Positions 36,788 to 46,174 of a DNA stretch of 64,000 nucleotides are shown piece after piece. A program made the position numbers and the translations under genes. The first letter of the stretch is position 1; the number at the start of each line of letters is the position of its first letter. Source of the DNA: a bacterium (lineage in GTDB: Bacteria; Patescibacteriota; Saccharimonadia; Saccharimonadales; UBA4665); contig JAJZWY010000001.1 of assembly GCA_021846445.1 (NCBI GenBank), forward strand, positions 23,379 to 87,378, given 5' to 3'. The notes under the pieces are model-generated. The model was given only the letters and a program-made list of their open reading frames with translations. It searched no databases and was not told where the DNA came from.

Positions 36788-37054
36788 ATGAAAGTTCGTT
36801 TCAGTCCTGATTTCGATAAACAGTTCAGCATAAGATTAAATAAACGCGAGCAAATTAAAGTTATTGATACAATTGAGCTGTTTCAGGACGATCCTTTCCG
36901 TAAAGACCTTCGCAATCACCCATTAAACGGAAAATGGTTGGGCCATCGTTCTATAAGTATTGGTGGTGACCTAAGGTTACATTTTAAGATGCTAGACGAA
37001 GATATCGCTTATTTTGTTGCTGTTGGTTCACATTATCAATTATATAGACAGTAG
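36788..37054 (+). CDS. RelE/ParE-superfamily toxin (YafQ/RelE-like mRNA interferase)
   Basis: 88 aa. ...HPLNGKWLGHRSISIGGDLRLHF...VAVGSHYQLY fits the RelE/YafQ fold signature (basic residues plus a C-terminal GxHxxLY). Confidence 0.7.
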   Translation: MKVRFSPDFDKQFSIRLNKREQIKVIDTIELFQDDPFRKDLRNHPLNGKWLGHRSISIGGDLRLHFKMLDEDIAYFVAVGSHYQLYRQ

Positions 37055-37086
37055 TAGTTGAATCACATTTGATATACTCTGGAAGT

Positions 37087-37534
37087 ATGAAAATGATGGA
37101 TTAAGAAAACTGGGAAGCTAGTATTGCTTGGTCAAAAGTCGTAGCAGGTTGTGTTTTGCATCAAGATGATGGCAAGTACCTTCTAGTCTAGGAAAAGCAA
37201 CCCAAGGTTCATGGTTTATGGAACATCCCTGCTGGATATGTAGACAAAGGCGAAACGATTGAGCAGGTAGCTATTCGTGAAGTTAAAGAAGAATCTGGTT
37301 ATGATATTAGGCTAAGTGAAAAGATTGGTATTTATCATGAAACCGTAGAGTCTCCAGTTAAGCATGCATTTACAGCAACAATAACAGGTGGAGAGCTTAA
37401 AAGTTCAACCAGAAGAAATACTTGATGCAAAATGGTTTACTTACGATGAGATTACTAGAATGAAACAACAAGGTAAGTTGCGTGTTGAATGGATTTATGA
37501 TGCTATTAGCCGAGTTGAAAACCGTGATCGCTAA
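37087..37534 (+). pseudogene. Decayed NUDIX hydrolase gene
   Basis: The Nudix box is intact in translation: GYVDKGETIEQVAIREVKEESGY. The frame is broken by TAA 37102-37104, TAG 37189-37191 (LLV-stop-EKQPK) and a +1 shift in the A-run at 37399-37402, after which VQPEEILDAKWFTYDEI...RDR-stop continues. Confidence 0.75.
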
Positions 37535-37710
37535 TGTAGTTTAGGGTTTTATCCCATCTAAGAATTTCTAGGCAAATAACTTTCCAATTCGATGTAGGGG
37601 AGTCACCATTAAAGTATTTTTTATTAGGTATAATCTGTTTGTTAGAACAGCCATATTTAATTTATTAATGACCCTCCAATACTCCGCTAGTTCGTTAGTA
37701 TAGTTTTAGT

Positions 37711-39024
37711 CTAATTTTGTTTAACAAGTTGTTGATAATAACTTCGGAGTGCCTGATAGTTGCCTTTCCCTGCGACAGGAATCAATGCCTCTTCCCCAGT
37801 ACTCGAATTAGTGTAAGTTGTTATAATTGGAGTACCACAGGATGTTTGGGTAAGGGTCGAACAATAAGCATACGACTTTATATTATTTAAATTATAATTT
37901 CTGGAGATATTTACTAATTCTAAAATATCGGGAAGAGTTAAGTTTGTTTGAACGTTATTCCCAAGTGCATTAAATAGATCACTTATTTTGATTGGATTAC
38001 TCAAGAAGCCTAATGATTTTGCCTTAGAGGCAATTGCGCTAAGTATTTGTCTCTGGTGGGCCGTTCTATTAAAATCACTATTCGGAAAACCGTACGCACC
38101 AGGTCCATCACCTCTAGCTCGCGCTAAATTAAGAGCTTCCTGCCCATTTAGGTGTACTATTCCATTGGGTAGATTTAGATGTGTATTAGGGTCATAAAGT
38201 CCTCTGGGATCTGGGCTTTGAATATCAACTGTAATACCCCCAACAGCATTGACCACATCTTTAAAGGCTCCGTAGTTTGATACGGAGTAGTAATCAATCG
38301 GTATCCCCAGATCTGTAACCACTAAATGTTCGAGTTGCCCCATACCACCAGTAGGATAACCCGGAAAATTAGTTCCCATTCCGTCATTTCCAGCGTTTAT
38401 TTTTTCCCAGCCATTATTATATGGAAATCCAGGAATTTTAACCCATAAATCCCGAGGAATACTAAGCATAAATATTTTGTGATCTTTAGTATTAATACTG
38501 AGCACAATTATGGTATCGGCAAGTGGTGCCCCACCATGGTTTTGCTGGCCAACCGAATCACCGGCTAAAAGTATATTAATCCTACCAGTCGATTCGCCCT
38601 TAAGCTTTGTGTTGGAAAAGACTGCATTAAAATCTGAGAATATATTACCATGAAAGATTTTATCAATGTTACCTATTACACTTGATCCTAGCCATACCCC
38701 AACACCAATTATCATTATAAGTATAATGGCAAAAGATGTTACGACTTTCCGTTTTAATGATTTTTTCTTTTTTGGTTTTTGTTTATTGGTATTTGGCAGA
38801 TTGTTAGATAGACTATACTTTTGGTTAGTCATAGTTCTGTTTAGCAGAGTACTTTGGGGGGAAATATTGGTAGTAGGGCTAAGTCTATTTGTAGAATTTA
38901 AATATTTAAAATCGTTAACTGACCTTTCTTTGGTTCTTGGTTTGGATTCATTTATTCTCCTTAAATTGTTGGGCTGAAAAAAACCATCAATACTTCTTCT
39001 AACCCTTTTTCTGTTTTGGTCCAT
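37711..39024 (-). CDS. LytR-CpsA-Psr (LCP) family cell-envelope phosphotransferase
   Basis: N-terminal basic region plus TM, then INILLAGDS, ADTIIVLSIN and LSIPRDLWV. Confidence 0.85.
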   Translation of the reverse strand: MDQNRKRVRRSIDGFFQPNNLRRINESKPRTKERSVNDFKYLNSTNRLSPTTNISPQSTLLNRTMTNQKYSLSNNLPNTNKQKPKKKKSLKRKVVTSFAIILIMIIGVGVWLGSSVIGNIDKIFHGNIFSDFNAVFSNTKLKGESTGRINILLAGDSVGQQNHGGAPLADTIIVLSINTKDHKIFMLSIPRDLWVKIPGFPYNNGWEKINAGNDGMGTNFPGYPTGGMGQLEHLVVTDLGIPIDYYSVSNYGAFKDVVNAVGGITVDIQSPDPRGLYDPNTHLNLPNGIVHLNGQEALNLARARGDGPGAYGFPNSDFNRTAHQRQILSAIASKAKSLGFLSNPIKISDLFNALGNNVQTNLTLPDILELVNISRNYNLNNIKSYAYCSTLTQTSCGTPIITTYTNSSTGEEALIPVAGKGNYQALRSYYQQLVKQN

Positions 39025-39056
39025 AGTAAAGTATTATATCAAAAAAATAAGGGTTT

Positions 39057-41558
39057 TTAGTTAGTAAGTTTTTGGCCAAAATTTTCTCGGTAGAACCATA
39101 CTTTAATTTTATCCAATATTAAGAAATAGACTAAAGCCATAACTAGAGATATAAAGATAATATGGATATTCAGCTTTATGAAGTAAAAATAATTGTTAAG
39201 GTATGGAATGTATAAAATTACAAGACTAAATAGACCAATTACTACGAATGAGATAATTAATGGTATTGAGAATTTTGGAGCTTTATAGAAGTGATCTTTG
39301 TTTCGTATTGAAAGAATAATTAAGAATGAAATTAAAGTGATAAAGAAGTATAGGGCGCTAGATACAATGGGTTGAGGGTGATTTCTGATTAGCCCAAAAT
39401 ACATAATCTCAAAAATAGCCGTTAAACTTCCCAAAAACATCGATATAAACATTAATGAATGAATATTTAATTTTGTTGGTCTTTGAAGTTCTGACTTTTC
39501 GACATTGTCCGAGGCAATAGTAAAACAAGGGAGTTCTGTGATCAGACTTGTCAGTAAAAATTGTATAGGAATCATTGGAAGACCATTGATATTAATTAGA
39601 AATAGTATAGAAAGTGCAAAAAAATTGCCCCAGTTACTAACAAATACATAACGAATATATTTGTTAATGTTGGCAAAGATTTCTCTACCCGACTTAATTC
39701 CATTTATAACTACCTCAATGTCTGACCTTAGAAGAAGTATGTCTGCGCTATCTTTTGCAACGTCAGTTGCATTATTTACGGCAATAGCAACATCTGCTAA
39801 CTTGAGAGCTGGGGCGTCATTAATTCCGTCTCCTTGATATCCGACAACATTTCCAGATAATTTAAGTAAGTTAATAATTCTATACTTTTGTTCAGGATTA
39901 AGTCTTGAAAAGGTATTATTTTCTCTCAAAACAGCAGATAATTCATTGTCTGTCATATTGTCAATTTGAGTACCGTCATAGACGTCATTTTGGTTAGATA
40001 TTAAGCCTACTTGGTTTGCCACATAGTAAGTTACTTCCCTGCTGTCTCCAGATAATATTTTTATTTCAATACCAAGCTCTTTTGCAAGTTTAATAGTTTT
40101 TTTGGTCGTTTTTCGAACGGGGTCGTCAAGTGAGGCATAGCCGACAAATTTTAAATTATTCTCATGCTCTAAAATATTAAATTTACGGTCAATTTTATCG
40201 ATTTCTTTATAGGCTATTCCTAAATGTCGTAATCCAATTTTACCTTCCTCTTTAATAATCTTATAAACTTCTTTCTTCTTAGAATAGGCACAGATATCAA
40301 GCAATGTTTCAACGGAACCTATTTCAATTAAGTATATTTTTTGGTGGTACTTTGCGACAATCCTTCTTCTCCTTGAAGAAGGATCAAATGGTAATTCTAG
40401 CAATCTTTGATATCCAGATGCTTCTTTTTTTAAATTATTGGGAACGTAATTAATGAATGCTTTATCAAATGGACTCTGAAATTTTTTTCTTTTCTCATCA
40501 AAATTTTCCAGACTAGCTATCGACAAAATCTGGAATAGTTTTAAGTCAGATGCAAAAACATTTTTAATACTCAAATTATTTTCGGTTAAAGTGCCAGTTT
40601 TATCTGAGCAGAGGATGTTAATGTTACCTAAATCTTCAACGGCTGTTAGGGTTTTAGCAATGACGTGTTTTTTAGACAAATTGATTGCTCCTCTTGATAA
40701 TGTAAGGGTAACAATTACTGGCATAGCTTCCGGTAGTACGGCAATTAAGAGTGCCACAACAAATAATGCTAGATTATCTAGATTACTAAACTTTTGATCA
40801 ATCAATAGTTTTAGGATAAAAATTAGAACTACGAAAAGAGAGGTGACTTTAACCAAAAAAGAACTAAAGGCATTTAAAGACTTTTCAAATTGTGTAGTTC
40901 TTTTCGTGCTTGTCGATAAATGAGCAATTTTGCCAAGCTCTGTATCAAACCCAGTAGCATAGACAATACCTTTCCCTTCCCCAGACTGAACAATACTTCC
41001 AGAATAAGCAAAGGGATCTAAGTCAGCTGTTTTATTAACTGGTACTGATTCTCCGCTTAGTTGAGACTCATTAGTAGATAAATTCTGCATAAAGTAAAGT
41101 CGAATATCTGCAGGAACTATATCTCCCTCTCTTAGAATTAGGGCATCTCCTGGAACAATATTTTTCTCAGAAATCAAGATTTGTTTTCCATCTCTTACAA
41201 CTAAAATTTCTCGATCAACTAATTTAGCAAGGCTCTCAATTGCTTTATCCGAGCGTAATTCTTGATAGAAAGAGAGGGTTGTGTTTACTATAAGGATAAC
41301 TAAAATAATAATTGCTTGATCAATATTTTTTAAAATAAAAGATAGGATAAGGGCAACTACTAGAAAATAAATTAATGAATTTTTAAATTGTTTAAATAGT
41401 ATTTTTAATTTCTTGAATTTTTGAGTCGTTTTGAAAATATTTTTGCCATATATTTTTAGTTTTTGATCAGCTTCAACTGAACTTAAACCATCAAATGAGC
41501 TATCCAGTTTTTTTATTAGCTCATCTATGCTTAATTTTTTAACTTCAGATTTGTTCAT
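39057..41558 (-). CDS. P-type cation-transporting ATPase, MgtA-like
   Basis: SGES, phosphorylation site CSDKTGTLT, PEAMPVIVT (MgtA-type PEMLP-like) and GDGINDAPAL. The ORF opens at 41597, but that would overlap the upstream NRAMP gene. ATG 41558 (MNKSEVKK...) gives the normal Cation_ATPase_N start. Confidence 0.88.
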   Translation of the reverse strand: MNKSEVKKLSIDELIKKLDSSFDGLSSVEADQKLKIYGKNIFKTTQKFKKLKILFKQFKNSLIYFLVVALILSFILKNIDQAIIILVILIVNTTLSFYQELRSDKAIESLAKLVDREILVVRDGKQILISEKNIVPGDALILREGDIVPADIRLYFMQNLSTNESQLSGESVPVNKTADLDPFAYSGSIVQSGEGKGIVYATGFDTELGKIAHLSTSTKRTTQFEKSLNAFSSFLVKVTSLFVVLIFILKLLIDQKFSNLDNLALFVVALLIAVLPEAMPVIVTLTLSRGAINLSKKHVIAKTLTAVEDLGNINILCSDKTGTLTENNLSIKNVFASDLKLFQILSIASLENFDEKRKKFQSPFDKAFINYVPNNLKKEASGYQRLLELPFDPSSRRRRIVAKYHQKIYLIEIGSVETLLDICAYSKKKEVYKIIKEEGKIGLRHLGIAYKEIDKIDRKFNILEHENNLKFVGYASLDDPVRKTTKKTIKLAKELGIEIKILSGDSREVTYYVANQVGLISNQNDVYDGTQIDNMTDNELSAVLRENNTFSRLNPEQKYRIINLLKLSGNVVGYQGDGINDAPALKLADVAIAVNNATDVAKDSADILLLRSDIEVVINGIKSGREIFANINKYIRYVFVSNWGNFFALSILFLININGLPMIPIQFLLTSLITELPCFTIASDNVEKSELQRPTKLNIHSLMFISMFLGSLTAIFEIMYFGLIRNHPQPIVSSALYFFITLISFLIILSIRNKDHFYKAPKFSIPLIISFVVIGLFSLVILYIPYLNNYFYFIKLNIHIIFISLVMALVYFLILDKIKVWFYRENFGQKLTN

Positions 41559-41568
41559 TTTATAAAAT

Positions 41569-42948
41569 TTAAGGTATAAATGAATAAATTGCTCCAATAC
41601 CTGCTACGATCATCAGTAGAACCAAGACCCAACCCATAAAGGAGCTAATTTTGCCGTTTTTCCAATCCCCCATTATTTTTTTATTTCTAGCTATTAGTAA
41701 GATCAGAATTATTATTATCGGGGCAACTAAACCATTCAGCGCTGCCGAATAAATCAGTGCTTTTATTGGATTTAGGCCAATAAAATTAATAGCTAAGCCA
41801 ATTAACATCGATATAATGATTACTCCATAGAATGCATATGCTTGATGTAGTTTATGGTTTAGACCTTGGTGTTTACCTATACTTTCAGAAATAGCATAGG
41901 CGCTGGCACCGGCCATTACGGGTATTGCTAAAAGGCCAACTCCTAATATTCCAATGGCAAATAACCAAAAAGCTAGGTTTCCGGCAAATGGTTTAAGGGC
42001 AAGAGCAGCTTGAGATGCAGTATTTATGTTAAAAATTCCATGGCTGTAAAGTACACTTGCACAGGCTGTAATTATAAAGAACATTACAAGATTACTGAGA
42101 AACATACCACTCCATACATCGGTTCTCATTTTTTTGATTTGTGCTTTATCGGTAACTTGTCTTTGAGCTAAAGTTGTTTGACCAATAGCAATTTCTTCCT
42201 CTACTTCTTGGGAGGTTTGCCAGAAAAATAAATATGGAGTAATCGTAGTCCCTAAAATTGCAGTAATGATTAAAAGATCATTTTTGTTAAAATTGATACT
42301 AGGAATTATTGCGTAATGGGCAACCGTGTGCCAATCTGGATGAGCTAAAATAGCAGATATAATATAGGCAATTAGGATTAAGGCCAACCATTTCAGATAT
42401 TTAGCATATCTGTTATAGGGTGTAAAAATTTGAAAAAGTACTATAAAAATAGTAAACCCTATTACTAATAAACCAAAATCCCAACTAGGTCTTAAAAGTT
42501 GGACTGCACTGGCTAGTGCACCAATGTCTGCACCAATATTAAATGTATTTGCGATAAATAATAACAGCGTACTGATATAAAGAATTTTTCTACCAAAATG
42601 GGTCCTAATGTTTGCCGCTAGTCCCCTACCGGTAACTAAACCAATTCTGGCACAAATTTCTTGAACAACAGCCATAAGCGGGAAAGTAAAGGCAGCCATC
42701 CAAAGCAATTTAAATCCATTTTGGGCACCAGTTTGTGAATATGTAGCTATTCCTGATGGATCGTCGTCTGATGCTCCGGTAGTTAGTCCTGGACCAAGTG
42801 AATACCAAAAATCTTTTGTTCGCTTAACTGGCTTAATGTTGCCCGTTGGAAGGGATGATGCTACTTTATTATATTTTTTAATTGATTTATCTAGACCTAT
42901 TGCGGGGTATTCAATAGTTTTTTCAAGAATTGACTTTTTTCTTCGCAT
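41569..42948 (-). CDS. mntH: NRAMP-family divalent metal (Mn2+/Fe2+) transporter
   Basis: GASDDDPSGIATYSQTGAQ signature and about 11 TM helices. Confidence 0.85.
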   Translation of the reverse strand: MRRKKSILEKTIEYPAIGLDKSIKKYNKVASSLPTGNIKPVKRTKDFWYSLGPGLTTGASDDDPSGIATYSQTGAQNGFKLLWMAAFTFPLMAVVQEICARIGLVTGRGLAANIRTHFGRKILYISTLLLFIANTFNIGADIGALASAVQLLRPSWDFGLLVIGFTIFIVLFQIFTPYNRYAKYLKWLALILIAYIISAILAHPDWHTVAHYAIIPSINFNKNDLLIITAILGTTITPYLFFWQTSQEVEEEIAIGQTTLAQRQVTDKAQIKKMRTDVWSGMFLSNLVMFFIITACASVLYSHGIFNINTASQAALALKPFAGNLAFWLFAIGILGVGLLAIPVMAGASAYAISESIGKHQGLNHKLHQAYAFYGVIIISMLIGLAINFIGLNPIKALIYSAALNGLVAPIIIILILLIARNKKIMGDWKNGKISSFMGWVLVLLMIVAGIGAIYSFIP

Positions 42949-42950
42949 AT

Positions 42951-43340
42951 TTATTTAACTTGACTTAAAAAATCAACTAATTCATTTGGAGTAAGGTTAG
43001 CCTTTATTAAATAAGCATCTGCCTTTTTCTCAATCTCTTTTTTAATTTCGTCGCGTTGCTCAAGGTTAGTAGTAATAATGATTTTAGCATGAACTGGACT
43101 AGTAGTTGATGGATCTTTTAATTTGTTTAAAATTTCGAAACCAGTCATATTCGGTATCATTAAATCAAGCAGAATTAAATCATATCGATCGGTTTGGCAT
43201 TCTTTCAAAGCTTCGATACCATCAGCTATAACTTTGACTGTATATCCATTTTTATTGAGGGCTCGTGTGTAAAGTTCACCTATGAAGTGCTCATCTTCTA
43301 TAACTAATATTTTTTTATTATTTGTTTGCTCTTGTTCCAT
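42951..43340 (-). CDS. Receiver-only response regulator
   Basis: ILVIEDEH, YDLILLDLMIP, IIITTNL and AYLIKA; 129 aa with no output domain. Confidence 0.85.
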   Translation of the reverse strand: MEQEQTNNKKILVIEDEHFIGELYTRALNKNGYTVKVIADGIEALKECQTDRYDLILLDLMIPNMTGFEILNKLKDPSTTSPVHAKIIITTNLEQRDEIKKEIEKKADAYLIKANLTPNELVDFLSQVK

Positions 43341-43368
43341 ATATATACTTTATCAAATATTTTTAATT

Positions 43369-44910
43369 TTAGCGCCTATAATATGAGTGATTGTTAATCC
43401 ATCCGTGAGCATTTTGGACTATCTCATCATTAACTAGGTCCTTTTGGTCTTTTGACAAGAGATTAAATGGTAAAACTGTAAAGCCGAATGTGCTACCCTC
43501 GTTTTGTTTACTTTTAACCCAAATATTCCCCTGATGAGCATCTATAATTGCTTTAGAAATATATAGTCCTAATCCAGTTCCTCCAACCTGTGATCTATTA
43601 TGATAGTCACGGTAAAATTTAGTAAATAATTTACCCATAATGTTCTCTGGTATTCCTCTGCCAAAATCTTGGATAGTTGTTTCAACATATCCTTCCTTGT
43701 TTAGGAAGGACTTAATAATAATTCTTTTTGAATCCTTGCTATATTTAATGGCATTATCTAATAAATTATAAATTACTTCTTGAATGCTGATGCGATCAAC
43801 TCCAACTTCGGGAAGATTTTGCTCAATATCTGTTTCAAAATTAATTCCCCTAACTTTAGCTCTAAGTGAAATATTATCTATTGCTTCACTTAAAATAGAA
43901 TTCCATGATTGATGGGTTAGCTTTAATTCCATTTGATCGCTGTCAATTCTGGCTACATTCAAGATATTATTAACAAATAGATTTAGTTGATCATTTGTAG
44001 CCTTCATTTTTTCCATAAATGAACTTAACTCTGGAGTTAAATTATCCTTTAATTCTTCGCTAAAGACTTCAATGTAACCCTTTAGTAAAGTTAAGGGAGT
44101 TCTTAATTCGTGAATTGCAATTGCTACAAAGCTGATTGCCTGGTCATCTTCCGAGTATTGTTTAGTATGATCAAATAGAGTTAGTATCAATGAGTATCCT
44201 TGACTGTTCCCTAGATTGTAATAGGCTACCATGTCGAAATAAAGAGTTGGGTGATTATTTTGGAGATTTAACTTAACTCTTTCCCATGATTTAATGCTTA
44301 TTGCTGTTTTATTTTTGACCTCTTTTAGCCAATTATCTAATGTATCATCTGAAGAAAAAGCAAGGTCGAGGATTGAATAAATATTTTTACCCAGTATATC
44401 CGTAATTTCTAAACCTAAATAAGTTGCTCCATACTTATTGACGAATTTGACGGTTTCTTGGTTATCTAAAACGAATATAGGTAGGGGTATTCTAGTTGCC
44501 AAGAATTCTGAACTAAGATCAGTTTTCTGTTGTTCGACTTTCATTAAATCCTGATTTGCTACAATAGCAATTTTGTATATTTGACCAATCAGATTCCCAA
44601 CTAATTCCTTGCCTACTTTTAGCTTATCTTGATCAACTTTGGGAAAATAACTATTACTATCGGGGTTTAGCTTTAGAATTGTATACCAGAGTATCTCAAG
44701 TGGTTTTAAAAAAAGTTTTGGGAGAACTATATAAATAATGGTTAAAAACAGAACACTCATTAATCCAGATAGGGCCAAACTAAAATAAAAACTTAAATTA
44801 AAAAAATGACTTTCTATATACAAGCTACCAAATATTATTAGCAGATTTAGTATCAAAAATATGAATGTAATATTTTTGTAAATTCTAGCTAATTTCTTAA
44901 AATCATCCAT
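43369..44910 (-). CDS. Sensor histidine kinase
   Basis: Two N-terminal TMs, H-box AIHELRTPL, N-box NLLDNAIKYS, G1 QDFGRGI and G2 GGTGLGLYISK. Confidence 0.85.
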   Translation of the reverse strand: MDDFKKLARIYKNITFIFLILNLLIIFGSLYIESHFFNLSFYFSLALSGLMSVLFLTIIYIVLPKLFLKPLEILWYTILKLNPDSNSYFPKVDQDKLKVGKELVGNLIGQIYKIAIVANQDLMKVEQQKTDLSSEFLATRIPLPIFVLDNQETVKFVNKYGATYLGLEITDILGKNIYSILDLAFSSDDTLDNWLKEVKNKTAISIKSWERVKLNLQNNHPTLYFDMVAYYNLGNSQGYSLILTLFDHTKQYSEDDQAISFVAIAIHELRTPLTLLKGYIEVFSEELKDNLTPELSSFMEKMKATNDQLNLFVNNILNVARIDSDQMELKLTHQSWNSILSEAIDNISLRAKVRGINFETDIEQNLPEVGVDRISIQEVIYNLLDNAIKYSKDSKRIIIKSFLNKEGYVETTIQDFGRGIPENIMGKLFTKFYRDYHNRSQVGGTGLGLYISKAIIDAHQGNIWVKSKQNEGSTFGFTVLPFNLLSKDQKDLVNDEIVQNAHGWINNHSYYRR

Positions 44911-44920
44911 TGAACCGCCC

Positions 44921-46147
44921 CTAGTTATAGGTTACATCTGCAGTTGAGCTAATAACCGTAATCCAAACTTGTCCTGGATCTAGGGCAATGTTCTGTCCAT
45001 TACTAGTTGTAAACATTATTTGGGATGAATTACTTGATTTTGACCAATTCCCTATGGTAAGGCCTCCGTTTTGGAATATATATGCTTGACCACTTCCTAT
45101 GTAAGAATAATCTGAATAGTAAGCCCCGGAGCTATCTAAAGGACCGTTAGTTTCAGGAACTACCATTCCAATGACTACTTTCGGGTTGTATTGAATGTTG
45201 GTGTCGGTACCTACTTCGGGTTGGCCTGCTAAAAAGCGTTCATAGCTATTTGTTTTGGGGTTGAAAGTATAGGAAGGGTTAAAGTAGAAATTGGATAATC
45301 TGAAATTAATATTGGTAACTGTTGGATGAGCCAGTGGTCCTAAAGTTTTTCTAGGCCACGAACTAAATTTACTAGGACCAAAATGAAGTACTGACTCGAG
45401 CGTATGCAAATTAGCCAGAGAAGTATATACATTATGGGGTGCTTGCCTGGAGGTTATTCTAGTGTAATAATTGCCATAGTAGAACTGATTAAGGTCATTG
45501 ATCCCCCAATTTTGGATATCTGTTAGGGCCAACGGGCTTCCTCCAACATGAGCATAGGATGCATCAAATCCCATTGCCCAAGAAACAAAATATGGCCGAG
45601 CACTTCTGATGGGTCCAACGTAATTTGGGGCTGTGTCTTGGTAAAGAGCCATAAACCTTGTTATTCCCCCTTCAGCCATTGCTTCAAATACTACACCAGC
45701 TTGCTCAAGTCCTGACTGTGGCCTGGCTTGGAGGCTATTTTCAATCATTACGGCTGTGACGGGTAGTTGATTGAGGCTTGGGTTTACCATTAAGCCCGTT
45801 AGATTGGAGGGAACTAAATTAGACTTTTGAATATTCGACCGAACAATTGTCTTAGCTTTTTGGGGTATCTTAGTAAAGTTATTATTAGAATTGTTTATGA
45901 TTAAGTAGCCAAAAATAATTAGGATAATAACAAGTAGACCTATACCAACTCGTTTTTTGGTTATTTTTAGTCTAAATTTCTTTTTAATGGGCATATTTGA
46001 ATTTGGTATAGTTTTTTGATCTTCTAATTTTTGTTGATCTTTAGTTTTGAACTCTCTATTTGTAGTTTCATCTTCAATAGCTACTTCCTCGGGTGTTTTG
46101 AACTGAACTTTACTAAGTTTATCAAAATCATTTCCCGCCATAGCCAT
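44921..46147 (-). CDS. DUF3048 (YerB-like) membrane-anchored protein
   Basis: TM anchor, then PVTAVMIENSLQARPQSGLEQAGVVFEAMAEGGITRFMALY, which is characteristic of DUF3048. Confidence 0.65.
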   Translation of the reverse strand: MAMAGNDFDKLSKVQFKTPEEVAIEDETTNREFKTKDQQKLEDQKTIPNSNMPIKKKFRLKITKKRVGIGLLVIILIIFGYLIINNSNNNFTKIPQKAKTIVRSNIQKSNLVPSNLTGLMVNPSLNQLPVTAVMIENSLQARPQSGLEQAGVVFEAMAEGGITRFMALYQDTAPNYVGPIRSARPYFVSWAMGFDASYAHVGGSPLALTDIQNWGINDLNQFYYGNYYTRITSRQAPHNVYTSLANLHTLESVLHFGPSKFSSWPRKTLGPLAHPTVTNINFRLSNFYFNPSYTFNPKTNSYERFLAGQPEVGTDTNIQYNPKVVIGMVVPETNGPLDSSGAYYSDYSYIGSGQAYIFQNGGLTIGNWSKSSNSSQIMFTTSNGQNIALDPGQVWITVISSTADVTYN

Positions 46148-46174
46148 ATTGTACCAAATGCTTATGCCTAAAGA

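Noticed and set aside
37102-37191. In-frame TAA/TAG in the NUDIX gene as evidence for stop-codon reassignment
   Set aside because: All three stop codons terminate well-supported genes of normal length elsewhere in the window, and the same gene also has a frameshift. A pseudogene is the simpler explanation.
41559-41597. 13-codon N-terminal extension of the P-type ATPase ORF
   Set aside because: It would overlap the NRAMP gene end by 29 nt and adds a non-conserved MEQFIHLYLKFYK peptide. ATG 41558 gives the expected N-terminus.
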